Counted from the stretch's first letter, positions 32,628 to 42,050 are shown. The stretch: 61,494 nucleotides of DNA from Candidatus Omnitrophota bacterium (GCA_041651455.1 JBAZJG010000010.1:1-61494); one strand, 5' to 3'. The notes: generated by a model from the sequence alone, not told the origin. Made by a program: numbers and translations.

Positions 32628-34181
32628 TTATCGGCGCTTCTTTCTTGCCATAAATATGCCGGAAAGCCCCGAAAGCATCAGCAGGATGGTCGACGGCTCG
32701 GGTACGACGAATATCGACGCGTCATCCACGTATATCGCGGAACTCCAGTACCTGCCGGCCGCAATGTCCGCATCCGAAATGTTACAGGAGAGGTTCCTGC
32801 GGATAAAGAACGTCATCGGCGTCCCGTTGGACTGCGCGGTCACCATTATCTGCTGCCAGGCGGCGGTGAACTGCTCCGGCGTCATCGTTACCATATTCCA
32901 TATTATATTCGGGGAATTCGGGTCTGCCCCGCCCGTTGGGTCGATTCCGGCAGCCACCATCACTTCGGCATCCGATGCAAGCATATCCGCCGGTATATCG
33001 TTTATGCTCTGGAACCAGAACGAGAACCCGTAGGTCGTGCCTGCGGTCGAACCGGCTAATGTCTGCCTAAAAGAGTTGTCGTGCTCGAACGAGCCGGCAT
33101 CTTCTATCTGTTCGCCCATACCGACAGAATACGATCCGGACCTTTTGTGCGCGTTGGTGGAGTAAGATGCGTCGAAGAAGAATCCGCCGCTCGAGCTGTC
33201 CTGGTAGCTCCACTCTGTGGGCTGACAGGTATCGAAACTCATGGTCTCGAAACCGGCATTCTTTACCTTGTCGGGGAAGACGTCTATCTTTATCCTGTTA
33301 AGGGAATATCCTGCGGAGCCCATAGCGGAGTCGATATCGTCTGCATAATACGGCACGAACGAGTCGTAGGTGTTCCAGGCCTCGGTCCCGGTCGACACGG
33401 CGAAATGCGTCCCTGCGATGGTAAGCTGGCCGTTCCAGACCAGGAAGCTCGGGCTGCCGGAATCGCCGCCCTGACATCCTGCCTGGCCCTGCGGATCGTT
33501 GTTGCTGTCGTAGCTGTACACCGCGGTAGTGGTACCATTGGTAGGGTTGGAGAAACCTGTAGTAGCAACGTTCTGGAAATTATCTATGGTATTGTTTCCC
33601 GCCTTCGCCGTCCAGCCGTAGGTCAGCAGGTCCTTGCCGTTATACCATCCGGTATCGAACCACGATGTGGAATAATCGTCGGCGTCGAGCACCGAATAGC
33701 TCGCGATGCCGTCAGAAACGGGGATCGCCTCGGTAAGCCAGCCAAGCGCGAGGTCGGGGATGCACATATACGGGTTGCCGCTGTTATCGTAGAGAGGCTT
33801 GCCGTTCTGTGTCAGCTGATAATCGAACGTCGAATATCCCTGAACGGTATAGGTCTTGAGCTGGCCGAGAGAGTTAACGAATGATACCGTGCTTCCTACC
33901 GGCACCCTATAGTGGTTCGCGCATACGAAGTTCTGCGCGGAGACCATCGCCACGCTGCGGCCCGCGTAATCGGTCTGCCAGCCGACGCCGGACCAGTCGT
34001 ACGCGGCGCCGATAAAATCGGGGTTCGCGACAGGGTTAGCGGTACCGTAAGTGCCGGCTACGAAGCGGTCGTAGAGGTTCGAGTCATAGCCGCTTATTTC
34101 GAGCGCCGACGCCTGCGGAATACGGCATAAGCCGAAAAGTGCGGATAAAAAAATGACCCGAAGAATGAGTTTTTTCGTCAA
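32628..34181 (-). CDS. Secreted trypsin-like serine-protease-domain protein with a C-terminal PEP-CTERM sorting signal
   Basis: TTG start. The signal peptide is KKLILRVIFLSALFGLCRIPQASA. Candidate triad residues are CANH, PDLALGWL and CQGGDSGSP. The C-terminus is VPEPSTILLMLSGLSGIFMARKKRR, i.e. PEP + TM + basic tail. Confidence 0.8.
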   Translation of the reverse strand: MTKKLILRVIFLSALFGLCRIPQASALEISGYDSNLYDRFVAGTYGTANPVANPDFIGAAYDWSGVGWQTDYAGRSVAMVSAQNFVCANHYRVPVGSTVSFVNSLGQLKTYTVQGYSTFDYQLTQNGKPLYDNSGNPYMCIPDLALGWLTEAIPVSDGIASYSVLDADDYSTSWFDTGWYNGKDLLTYGWTAKAGNNTIDNFQNVATTGFSNPTNGTTTAVYSYDSNNDPQGQAGCQGGDSGSPSFLVWNGQLTIAGTHFAVSTGTEAWNTYDSFVPYYADDIDSAMGSAGYSLNRIKIDVFPDKVKNAGFETMSFDTCQPTEWSYQDSSSGGFFFDASYSTNAHKRSGSYSVGMGEQIEDAGSFEHDNSFRQTLAGSTAGTTYGFSFWFQSINDIPADMLASDAEVMVAAGIDPTGGADPNSPNIIWNMVTMTPEQFTAAWQQIMVTAQSNGTPMTFFIRRNLSCNISDADIAAGRYWSSAIYVDDASIFVVPEPSTILLMLSGLSGIFMARKKRR

Positions 34182-34233
34182 GGTTGGTCCTCTCCCCTTA
34201 ATGATGTATCCCCCATCCCCCGAATCTTCAGTA

Positions 34234-34262
34234 AATATACATTATATATACCGGCGGGTCAA
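34234..34262 (-). promoter_or_regulatory. Sigma70-like promoter of the PEP-CTERM gene
   Basis: The minus strand reads TTGACC (34262..34257), a 17-nt spacer, then TATATT (34239..34234). Confidence 0.4.
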
Positions 34263-34280
34263 ACGAAATTAATTGCTTTT

Positions 34281-34655
34281 TTATAGGACGTATTTGACGG
34301 TGTTGTCGAGGGCCTTCTTGAACTCGAAGACATCCCTGAAGTCCTCGATGGAGTCTTCTTCTGTCTTGGAGAGCAGTCTGGCTTTTATGAGGTTAAATAC
34401 GATGTTCCCGAAATCTTCGGTCTTCGTGACCCCCCAGCTCTCGAGCACCGTACGGGCGAGCGGGCCGAACTGGTCTATCGCGTATTCGCGGAGCCCTTCG
34501 GAGAGTTCCCTGCCGTTGACATGGCGCGGCTTCTCGAACCTCGATACCGTGTGGGTGAGGCCGTTGAGCACAAAGAGGTAAGCGTCGATCTTATATCTCG
34601 GGTCCTTCTCCGCGACCTTTTCGAGTATCCCCGTTATATCCAGGCGTTCCTTCAT
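34281..34655 (-). CDS. Minf_1886-family (Verrucomicrobia/Planctomycetes-type) small conserved protein
   Basis: 124 aa. The blocks HVNGRELSEGLREYAIDQFGPLARTVLESWGV..EDFGNIVFNLI..LLSKTEEDS match my recollection of TIGR04138. Confidence 0.5.
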   Translation of the reverse strand: MKERLDITGILEKVAEKDPRYKIDAYLFVLNGLTHTVSRFEKPRHVNGRELSEGLREYAIDQFGPLARTVLESWGVTKTEDFGNIVFNLIKARLLSKTEEDSIEDFRDVFEFKKALDNTVKYVL

Positions 34656-35176
34656 CTCTTCCCCGAAATGAGCAGCATCGCTATTATAGTCTTTGCGTCC
34701 TTTATCCTGCCCTGCTTGACGTATTTCAAGGCGTCGGTAAGATTGACCGTCCTTACCTTTATGTCCTCGTCGAAATCGGGCTCGAGCCTCGAGGGCTTCA
34801 GGCCCGTCGCCTTGTATATCACCACGAATTCATCCGTTACCCCGGGCGAGGGGTAGAAGATATCGAGCTTCTCGAACTTATCCGCGGCATAGCCGATCTC
34901 CTCGCGTATCTCCCTGCGGGCCGCCGAGAGCGGCGCCTCGCCCTTATGCAGGGTGCCGGCCGGTATCTCGAGAAGCCTCTCGCCGACGGCATAACGGAAC
35001 TGCTCTACGAGAACGACCCTGCCGCCCGGCAGCAGCGGCAGTATCCCGACCGAGCCGATATGGTGGACGACCTCCCACCTGGCCTTCCTGCCCTTTATCG
35101 TGCCGTCGCTGACGACGAGCCGGACTATCCTGCCGTCGTAAATAAGCGTCTTCTTTTCCAGTTTGAACTTTGCCAT
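34652..35176 (-). CDS. NUDIX hydrolase (ADP-ribose pyrophosphatase-like)
   Basis: Nudix box GTLHKGEAPLSAARREIREEIGY. Start is moved to ATG 35176 (MAKFKLEKK). Confidence 0.85.
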   Translation of the reverse strand: MAKFKLEKKTLIYDGRIVRLVVSDGTIKGRKARWEVVHHIGSVGILPLLPGGRVVLVEQFRYAVGERLLEIPAGTLHKGEAPLSAARREIREEIGYAADKFEKLDIFYPSPGVTDEFVVIYKATGLKPSRLEPDFDEDIKVRTVNLTDALKYVKQGRIKDAKTIIAMLLISGKR

Positions 35177-35210
35177 GGCCCGTATTTTACGCTTTTGCGG
35201 AAAAAATTCA

Positions 35211-35244
35211 ATAAAAATAGGGGGCATCCTTTTCGGATACCCCC
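35211..35244 (-). terminator. Intrinsic terminator of csp
   Basis: The minus strand reads GGGGGTATCC-GAAAA-GGATGCCCCC, a 10-bp stem with one G.U pair, followed directly by TATTTTTAT. Confidence 0.8.
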
Positions 35245-35265
35245 TATATCGTGTTAGCGTCTTTG

Positions 35266-35466
35266 TTAGAGCTTTACTACGTTTGTAGCCTGCTCACCCT
35301 TGGGACCCTTCTCGATGTCGAACTGGACTTCCTGTCCCTCGGTTAAAGATTTATAACCTTCACCCTGGATCGCGCTGTGATGAACAAACACATCCTTGCC
35401 GTTCTCAGGAGTAATGAATCCGTAACCTTTCTGATCGCTGAACCACTTTACCTTTCCCTTAGCCAT
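35266..35466 (-). CDS. csp: Cold-shock protein (CspA family)
   Basis: 66 aa. RNP1 is KGYGFI and RNP2 is VFVHH. AAAGGAGG is the RBS. Confidence 0.95.
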   Translation of the reverse strand: MAKGKVKWFSDQKGYGFITPENGKDVFVHHSAIQGEGYKSLTEGQEVQFDIEKGPKGEQATNVVKL

Positions 35467-35517
35467 TACTTACTACCTCCTTTCCTCTTGGATTATAGTA
35501 AATAATGACCTGGTCGT

Positions 35518-35557
35518 AAAAAAACCGCAAAGGTTAGTTATCATCAACCGCTGCGGT
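35518..35557 (-). terminator. Terminator-like attenuator inside the csp 5' leader
   Basis: Minus-strand ACCGCAGCGGTT pairs with AACCTTTGCGGT (one mismatch, one wobble) around a 10-nt loop. U7 follows (35524..35518). It lies between the promoter (35591..35618) and ATG 35466. Confidence 0.5.
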
Positions 35558-35590
35558 ATACGATTTCTAATCTTATTTACTACGGGAGTA

Positions 35591-35618
35591 ATTATAACAT
35601 ATGCCCGCCGTTTGTCAA
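35591..35618 (-). promoter_or_regulatory. Consensus sigma70 promoter of csp
   Basis: The minus strand reads TTGACA (35618..35613), a 16-nt spacer, then TATAAT (35596..35591). This implies a 5' UTR of about 118 nt. Confidence 0.65.
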
Positions 35619-35643
35619 GGTTTTTTATTGGGCATTTATACCT

Positions 35644-35673
35644 TTGACATAATGGGCCGATATTTTGTATAAT
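35644..35673 (+). promoter_or_regulatory. Consensus sigma70 promoter of the nuo operon
   Basis: TTGACA (35644..35649), an 18-nt spacer, then TATAAT (35668..35673), about 58 nt upstream of the nuoA ATG. Confidence 0.6.
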
Positions 35674-35730
35674 TACAGGAGCCAGCCAGATTTTGACCGG
35701 TTTTGCATCCCATAGGAGCCGCTTTAACTT

Positions 35731-36087
35731 ATGATCGCAGATTACGGGTACGCAGGCCTCTTCCTACTCTTCGGCATCGCTTTCGTTGCCGCGGCTTTCA
35801 TTACATCCTGGTTCCTCCGCCCGCGCGACCCGAACCCCGCCAAGAACTCCTGCTACGAATGCGGCGAGACGGTCAGGGGCAATTCCTGGATACAGTTCAA
35901 CGTCCGTTATTACATAATAGCGCTTATCTTCGTCGTCTTCGACGTGGAAATACTCTTCCTCGTGCCGTGGGCGGTCATATTCCGCGAGTCCGGCGTCATA
36001 GCTTTCGTCGAGATGATGGTATTCATCGCGGTGCTGCTGGCCGGCCTTATATACGCGTGGAAGAAAGGGGCCCTCGAATGGCAGTAA
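35731..36087 (+). CDS. nuoA: NADH-quinone oxidoreductase subunit A
   Basis: 118 aa with three TM helices. Motifs YECGE and [15 protein letters not shown]. Confidence 0.9.
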   Translation: MIADYGYAGLFLLFGIAFVAAAFITSWFLRPRDPNPAKNSCYECGETVRGNSWIQFNVRYYIIALIFVVFDVEILFLVPWAVIFRESGVIAFVEMMVFIAVLLAGLIYAWKKGALEWQ

Positions 36088-36593
36088 TAGAGAAGATACC
36101 GGCTTCGGGCCTCATAGAGAAGTTCCCCGGCGGAAACCTCGTCCTCACGACTGGCGAAAGCGTACTCAAGTGGAGCAAGGCCTCTTCGCTCTGGCCGCTT
36201 ACCTTCGGCCTCGCCTGCTGCGCCATCGAAATGATCGGCACCGGCGCTTCAAGGTTCGATATCGACCGCTTCGGCGCCGGCGTATTCCGCGCCAGCCCCA
36301 GGCAGTGCGACGTGATGATAGTCGCCGGCACGATCTGCGTGAAGATGGGCGACTGCATGAAACGGCTTTACGCCCAGATGCCAGAACCCAAATACGTCAT
36401 AGCGATGGGCAATTGCGCCGTATCAGGCGGCATCTTCTATAAAGATACCTACTCCGTCGTGAAGGGGACCGAGGCGCTCGGTATCCCGGTCGACGTGCAC
36501 ATACCCGGTTGCCCTCCGAGGCCGGAGAACCTCCTATTCGGGATAATGAAACTGCAGGAAAAGATAATGAAGGAGAAGCATGGCAAACGTTGA
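36078..36593 (+). CDS. nuoB: NADH-quinone oxidoreductase subunit B
   Basis: Motifs [23 protein letters not shown] and GCPPRPE. Start is moved to ATG 36078 (MAVIEK). The track ORF 35703.. is an Arg-rich read-through of nuoA in another frame. Confidence 0.9.
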   Translation: MAVIEKIPASGLIEKFPGGNLVLTTGESVLKWSKASSLWPLTFGLACCAIEMIGTGASRFDIDRFGAGVFRASPRQCDVMIVAGTICVKMGDCMKRLYAQMPEPKYVIAMGNCAVSGGIFYKDTYSVVKGTEALGIPVDVHIPGCPPRPENLLFGIMKLQEKIMKEKHGKR

Positions 36594-36930
36594 GGCCCTG
36601 GAGATACCCAGGGACGGCCTGCTTGAAGCCGCGCGCGGCCTGCTTGACAGGGGCTTCGACAGCCTGCACTGCATAACCGCCGTTGATAACAAGGACCATA
36701 TCGAACTCATATACAGCTTTTACTCGATGAAGGACCGCACCGCCGCGGTCATCAGGACGCGGCTCGAAGGCGACCTTACCGTCGAAAGCCTTGAGAAATT
36801 GTGGAGATCCGCGGATTGGCTCGAGCGCGAGGTCTTCGACCTTTTCGGCGTAAAATTCCTGAACCATCCTGACCTTAGAAGGATATTGAATCCCGAAGAA
36901 TGGACTATACATCCGTTAAGGAAGACATAA
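36580..36930 (+). CDS. nuoC: NADH-quinone oxidoreductase subunit C (short form)
   Basis: Motif [26 protein letters not shown]. Confidence 0.85.
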   Translation: MANVEALEIPRDGLLEAARGLLDRGFDSLHCITAVDNKDHIELIYSFYSMKDRTAAVIRTRLEGDLTVESLEKLWRSADWLEREVFDLFGVKFLNHPDLRRILNPEEWTIHPLRKT

Positions 36931-38024
36931 CTACCGAGGAGTTCTGGGTGAACATGGGGCCGCAGCACCCGTCCACCCACGGGGTACTGCGCCTCGAACT
37001 CAAGCTCAGCGGCGAGACGGTCGTCGACAGCATCGTCCATATCGGCTACCTGCACCGCAGCATCGAGAAGATCGCCGAGAAACGCTCATATACCCAGTTC
37101 ATACCTTTCACCGACAGGCTCGACTATCTCGCGTCGATGAACAATAACCTCGCATACGTGCTGGCCGCGGAAAAACTGATGAATATCGAGGTCAGCGGCA
37201 AGGCAAAGCATATCAGGGTCATAATGGCCGAGCTCAATAGGATAGCCAGCCATCTCTTCGGCGTTACTACGTTCACGCAGGACCTCGGCGCTTTCGCCAC
37301 TCCCCTCTTTTACGGCATGCGCGAGCGCGAGAAGATAGTGGAATTCTTCGATTCGGTATGCGGCCAGCGGCTGACCTATAATTATATGAGGATAGGCGGC
37401 GTGTCGCACGACCTGCCTGCTGGCTCCGAAGAAAAAATAAAGAAGATAGTCGCGTATATGCGCCCGAAACTGGATGACCTCGAGGCCATGTTCAGCGCGA
37501 ACAGGATATTTACCGCCAGGACGAAAGGCATAGGCACGCTGACCGCCGAGAAAGCGGTCAATTACGGCGTGACCGGGCCGAACCTGCGCGCTTCGGGGGT
37601 AAAATGGGACCTCCGCAAGGATGAGCCCTACGAGTGTTACGATAAATTCGATTTCGATATCCCGACCGGCAGGAACGGCGACGCATGGGACAGGTATAAG
37701 GTAAGGATGGAAGAAATGCGCCAGAGCCTGCGTATCATCGAGCAGGCCGCTGGGGGGATCCCTGAAGGCGACCCGACGGTCAAGGCAGGAAAGATATTCA
37801 GGCCGGCGCCCGGGCAGGCATATATAAGGAGCGAGAACCCGCGCGGCGAGTTAGGGTTTTACATATTCAGCGACGGCTCGCCCATGCCGTACAGGTTGAA
37901 GATACGCGCGCCTTCATTCTCGAATATCTCGGTCCTGCCGGAACTGATAAAAGGCCTCAAGATCGCGGACGCGGTATGCGTGCTCGGGAGCCTCGATGTG
38001 GTCATGGGGGAGATAGACAGATGA
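36900..38024 (+). CDS. nuoD: NADH-quinone oxidoreductase subunit D
   Basis: Motifs NMGPQHPSTHGVLRL and a C-terminal SLDVVMGEIDR. Confidence 0.95.
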   Translation: MDYTSVKEDITTEEFWVNMGPQHPSTHGVLRLELKLSGETVVDSIVHIGYLHRSIEKIAEKRSYTQFIPFTDRLDYLASMNNNLAYVLAAEKLMNIEVSGKAKHIRVIMAELNRIASHLFGVTTFTQDLGAFATPLFYGMREREKIVEFFDSVCGQRLTYNYMRIGGVSHDLPAGSEEKIKKIVAYMRPKLDDLEAMFSANRIFTARTKGIGTLTAEKAVNYGVTGPNLRASGVKWDLRKDEPYECYDKFDFDIPTGRNGDAWDRYKVRMEEMRQSLRIIEQAAGGIPEGDPTVKAGKIFRPAPGQAYIRSENPRGELGFYIFSDGSPMPYRLKIRAPSFSNISVLPELIKGLKIADAVCVLGSLDVVMGEIDR

Positions 38025-38965
38025 CCATCTCCATACTGACATTCATAATAATGGTGATAGTGGGCGTGATGGTCCTCGGGTTTATCGCCGTATCGGCGAT
38101 GTTCCTTATATGGTGGGAGCGCAAGGTCTCGGCGCACATCCAGACGCGTTACGGGCCGATGCGCGTCGGCTGGCACGGCGTACTGCAGTCGGTCGCGGAC
38201 GTCATCAAGCTGCTGCTCAAGGAGAATATAACCCCGACGGGAGCGGACAAGCTCATCTGGTGGACCGCCCCCTTCTTTGCGGTAGTGCCGTCGGTAATGG
38301 TATTCGCGCCGATAGGCCACGACCTGAATATCGGCGTGCTTTACATCATGGCGATGACCTCGCTGTGCGTCCTCGGGATATTCATGGCCGGATGGGGCTC
38401 GAACAACAAATATTCCCTGCTCGGCGGCATGAGGTCGGCCGCGCAGATAATAAGCTATGAGATACCTCTTATCCTGGCGATGGTAACGGCCGTGATGTTC
38501 GCCGGCACGCTCTCCGTGCAGAAGATCGTCGAGGCGCAGAAGAGCGCCTGGTTCGTCTTCCATCCGAGCATGGCCGTCGCGTTTCTCGTCTTCCTTATCG
38601 CGGGGACCGCCGAGGTCAACAGGACGCCTTTCGACATCCCGGAGGCCGAATCGGAGCTCGTCGCGGGGTTCCATACGGAATATTCCGGAATGAAGTTCGC
38701 GATGTTCTTCCTCGGCGAGTACACTAACATGTTCATCATATCGGCGCTGGCCGCGGTGCTGTTCCTCGGCGGCTGGAGCGGGCCGTTCCTTCATCCTATA
38801 ATATGGTTCCTTATAAAGACATACGGGATCGTGACGCTGATGATGTGGATTAGGTGGACGCTGCCGAGGGTCAGGGTCGACCAGTTGATGAATTTCGCGT
38901 GGAAGGTGCTCACGCCTGTATCGTTCGCTAACCTTGCCGTAGCGGGATGGGTATTACTGAGATGA
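38021..38965 (+). CDS. nuoH: NADH-quinone oxidoreductase subunit H
   Basis: Motifs WWERKVSAHIQTRYGP and FDIPEAESELVAGFHTEYSGMKFA. ATGA overlap with nuoD. Confidence 0.95.
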   Translation: MTISILTFIIMVIVGVMVLGFIAVSAMFLIWWERKVSAHIQTRYGPMRVGWHGVLQSVADVIKLLLKENITPTGADKLIWWTAPFFAVVPSVMVFAPIGHDLNIGVLYIMAMTSLCVLGIFMAGWGSNNKYSLLGGMRSAAQIISYEIPLILAMVTAVMFAGTLSVQKIVEAQKSAWFVFHPSMAVAFLVFLIAGTAEVNRTPFDIPEAESELVAGFHTEYSGMKFAMFFLGEYTNMFIISALAAVLFLGGWSGPFLHPIIWFLIKTYGIVTLMMWIRWTLPRVRVDQLMNFAWKVLTPVSFANLAVAGWVLLR

Positions 38966-39360
38966 TAAAAGCGCTGTTCGTGACGCTGAAGAACATATTC
39001 GTGAAGCCGGTGACGCTGCAATACCCGACGCAGAAGATGCCTATGGCCGAAAGATTCAGGGGGCTCGTAGACCTGCGGACGGAGAAATGCATCAAATGCA
39101 ACCAGTGCGTGAAGATATGCCCGACATCCTGCCTCGACCTCTCCCTAAAGGAAGGCGCCGACAAGAAGAAGGATTTCGGGCACTTCAAATATAACATGGA
39201 GCTCTGCTGCTTCTGCGGGCTGTGCGAACAGGTCTGCCCGACGCAGGCGATATACATGAACAAGATCTACGAGATAGCCGTCTACGGGCACGATAAATTG
39301 CACATAGACCTTTTGGGAACGGGTAAATATGATGAATGGGCTCATCCGACAGTTAAGTGA
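38962..39360 (+). CDS. nuoI: NADH-quinone oxidoreductase subunit I (2x[4Fe-4S])
   Basis: Motifs CIKCNQCVKICP and CCFCGLCEQVCP. ATGA overlap with nuoH. An alternative start is at 38947. Confidence 0.9.
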   Translation: MIKALFVTLKNIFVKPVTLQYPTQKMPMAERFRGLVDLRTEKCIKCNQCVKICPTSCLDLSLKEGADKKKDFGHFKYNMELCCFCGLCEQVCPTQAIYMNKIYEIAVYGHDKLHIDLLGTGKYDEWAHPTVK

Positions 39361-39889
39361 TATCGTAAGTAATTACGGGCTGCCGCGGGATTTCGTCGTG
39401 CAGGCCTCCTTCTATGTCATTGCGGGGCTTGCCTGCGTCTTCGCGTTCGGGGTCGTGGCGATGCGCAATATATTCCATTGCGCGGTCTCGCTCGCGCTAT
39501 GCCTCTTCTGCATCGCCGGGGTCTACCTCTTCCTTAACGCGGAGTTCCTTGCGGTAGTCCAGATACTGATATACGTAGGAGCGATAGTCACGCTCTTCAT
39601 ATTCGCGATAATGCTGACGTCCAACATAGAGGACCGCTCGATAAGGCAGGCGAACAGGCAGGTCCTTGTATCGGCCGCCGTAGCCGCGGCCATATTGTCT
39701 TTCTTTATTTTCATAATCATCGGCGCGCCGTGGAAAACCGCCGCTGAAGGCACGGCTACGGCACCCGGGCTGGAGGATATCGGGCGCGCGCTCATGTCCG
39801 CATACGCTCTTCCGTTCGAGTTCATCTCCCTCATCCTTCTTGCCGCGCTCGTCGGCGCGATAGTCATAGGAAAGGCCAAAAAGCAATGA
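39329..39889 (+). CDS. nuoJ: NADH-quinone oxidoreductase subunit J
   Basis: Hydrophobic protein with motif AEFLAVVQILIYVGAIVTLFIFAIML. Confidence 0.85.
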   Translation: MMNGLIRQLSDIVSNYGLPRDFVVQASFYVIAGLACVFAFGVVAMRNIFHCAVSLALCLFCIAGVYLFLNAEFLAVVQILIYVGAIVTLFIFAIMLTSNIEDRSIRQANRQVLVSAAVAAAILSFFIFIIIGAPWKTAAEGTATAPGLEDIGRALMSAYALPFEFISLILLAALVGAIVIGKAKKQ

Positions 39890-40194
39890 TACCACAAAAC
39901 CATTTCCTTATATTAGGCGCGGTCCTCTTCGCGATGGGCCTTTACGGCGCGCTGACGCGCAGGACGGCGATCGGGATATTGATGTCGATAGAGCTTATAT
40001 TGAACGCCGCGAACATAAACCTTATAACGTTCAATAAATTCATCGGGGGCCCGGACGGCCTTGGGCAGGTCTTCGCGCTGTTCGTCATGGCGATAGCCGC
40101 CGCTTCCGCGGTGATAGGGCTTGTGCTGGTGATAGCGGTTTACAGGAACATGAAAACGATTTTCACGGAAAAGATGAACATACTGAAATGGTAA
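39886..40194 (+). CDS. nuoK: NADH-quinone oxidoreductase subunit K
   Basis: 102 aa. Motif GILMSIELILNAANINL. ATGA overlap with nuoJ. Confidence 0.9.
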   Translation: MIPQNHFLILGAVLFAMGLYGALTRRTAIGILMSIELILNAANINLITFNKFIGGPDGLGQVFALFVMAIAAASAVIGLVLVIAVYRNMKTIFTEKMNILKW

Positions 40195-42050
40195 GATACG
40201 CGCACCTTATACCGCTATTCCCGTTTGCCGCCTTTGCGGTGAACATCCTTTTCGGGCGCAGGCTCAGGAAGGCGAGCGCACTCGTCTCCATAGGCGCTTC
40301 CTTCATCTCGCTTGCCATAGCCGCGGTGACCTTTATCGGGAACGCGCGCTGCGGAGAGGGTTCGTATATGGTCGGCCGCTGGCTTTCGTTCGGGGGCATC
40401 TCCCTCGACTTCGGCGTCACTGTGGACCCGTTGTCTTGCATGATGCTTATGGTCGTGACCGTCGTAGGCACGTTGATACAGATATATTCCATCGGGTACA
40501 TGCGCGACGACCAGCGTTTTTCAAGGTTCTTCGCCTATATGTCGCTTTTTATGGGCTCGATGCTCGGCCTTCTGCTCTCCGACAATTTTGTGATGCTCTA
40601 TATATTCTGGGAAGGCGTAGGGCTCTGCTCGTACCTGCTCATATCCTTCTGGTTCGAGCGGCCTGCTGCCGCCAAGGCAGGCATGAAGGCGTTCATAACC
40701 ACGAGGATAGGCGATACGGGCCTGCTGATAGGGATATTGCTGCTCTTCTCCGCCACGAAAACTCTCTATTTCAGGGACCTCGGCAACCTCGGGATAAACG
40801 ACTCGCTGCTGACGGTCATAGCGCTGCTGATATTCTGCGGCGCGGTCGGTAAATCGGCGCAATTCCCGCTGCACGTATGGCTTCCCGACGCGATGGAAGG
40901 CCCGACGCCGGTCTCCGCCCTCATACACGCGGCGACGATGGTGGCCGCGGGCGTATACCTCGTCGCGCGCACCTACGGGCTGTTCCTCGCGCACCATTCA
41001 TCGCTCATTTGGGTCGCGTATATAGGCGCGATAACCGCGTTCATGGCGGCAACCATCGCGACAGTAAATAACGACATAAAGCGCATACTCGCTTACTCGA
41101 CGATAAGCCAGCTGGGTTTCATGATGCTCGCGCTCGGCGTCGGAGGTTACGACGGGGGCACGTTCCATCTCATGACGCACGCGTTCTTCAAGGCCCTGCT
41201 CTTCCTCTGCGCGGGAAGCGTCATACACGCGGTCCACACTCAGGACATATTCAAGATGGGCGGCCTGCTCGGGAAGATGAAGGCCACCGGATGGACTTTC
41301 ATAATAGGCGCTCTCGCGATCGCCGGCGTGCCGCCGCTGTCGGGGTTCTGGTCGAAGGATGAGATCCTCTCCGAGATACTCAGGGAAGGCCACCCGGTCC
41401 TATTCGGCATCGCCGCAGTTACGAGCCTGCTTACTGCATTCTATATGTTCCGCCTGATATTCGTCGTGCTGTTCGGCAAGCCGCGCTCGGAACTGCACGC
41501 GCATGAGTCGCCCGCCGTCATGACCGTCCCGCTCGGCATACTCGCGGCATTCTCGATATTCGCGGGTTTCTTCAGGCCGGTGGAATTCGAGCCCATCATG
41601 ATGGGCGTCTCGATAGCGATATCCGCCGCGGGGATAGGGACGGCGTATGTATTTTATATACTCGGCAACAAGATACTCCCGGCCCCGCTTCGTGCGAGGT
41701 TCTCTTTCCTGTATAAGCTCATATCGAATAAGTACTATGTCGACGAAATATACGAAGCTCTCATAATAAAACCGAGCATGCGGCTCGCGGGCATCGCCGC
41801 CGCGTTCGATTCGAAAGTTGTCGACGGCGCCGTGAACCTTACCGCATATCTCTCGGCCGTATCCGGCAAACTGCAGTACTGGTTCGACCTCTATATCGTC
41901 GACGGCATAGTGAACATGGCCGCGAACATAACGTGGCTCTGTTCCGCGGTATTCCGCCGGCTCCAGACCGGCTTCGTCCAGAATTACATACTAATAGCGT
42001 TCTTCGGTCTCGCGATAATGATACTGATAAAATTGACAGGAGGTCAGTGA
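40188..42050 (+). CDS. nuoL: NADH-quinone oxidoreductase subunit L
   Basis: 620-aa antiporter-like subunit. Motifs WEGVGLCSYLLI and GKSAQFPLHVWLPDAMEGPTPVSALIHAATMV. Confidence 0.95.
   Translation: MVRYAHLIPLFPFAAFAVNILFGRRLRKASALVSIGASFISLAIAAVTFIGNARCGEGSYMVGRWLSFGGISLDFGVTVDPLSCMMLMVVTVVGTLIQIYSIGYMRDDQRFSRFFAYMSLFMGSMLGLLLSDNFVMLYIFWEGVGLCSYLLISFWFERPAAAKAGMKAFITTRIGDTGLLIGILLLFSATKTLYFRDLGNLGINDSLLTVIALLIFCGAVGKSAQFPLHVWLPDAMEGPTPVSALIHAATMVAAGVYLVARTYGLFLAHHSSLIWVAYIGAITAFMAATIATVNNDIKRILAYSTISQLGFMMLALGVGGYDGGTFHLMTHAFFKALLFLCAGSVIHAVHTQDIFKMGGLLGKMKATGWTFIIGALAIAGVPPLSGFWSKDEILSEILREGHPVLFGIAAVTSLLTAFYMFRLIFVVLFGKPRSELHAHESPAVMTVPLGILAAFSIFAGFFRPVEFEPIMMGVSIAISAAGIGTAYVFYILGNKILPAPLRARFSFLYKLISNKYYVDEIYEALIIKPSMRLAGIAAAFDSKVVDGAVNLTAYLSAVSGKLQYWFDLYIVDGIVNMAANITWLCSAVFRRLQTGFVQNYILIAFFGLAIMILIKLTGGQ

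Noticed and set aside
35467-35730. The strand-switch region (csp on minus, nuo on plus) as a replication origin.
   Set aside because: I saw no DnaA boxes (TTATCCACA or its complement) and no AT-rich unwinding repeats, and no dnaA or dnaN is nearby. Two divergent promoters explain the region.
35703-36593. A 296-aa ORF that would give NuoB a 125-aa N-terminal extension. Similar long starts for nuoH (37976), nuoM (41933), pyrD (56043), the TPR protein (21295), NUDIX (35227) and the M48 peptidase (5233) were also considered.
   Set aside because: The extensions are Arg/Pro-rich read-throughs of the upstream gene in another frame. Conserved N-termini begin at internal ATGs that coincide with ATGA/TGATG coupling junctions.
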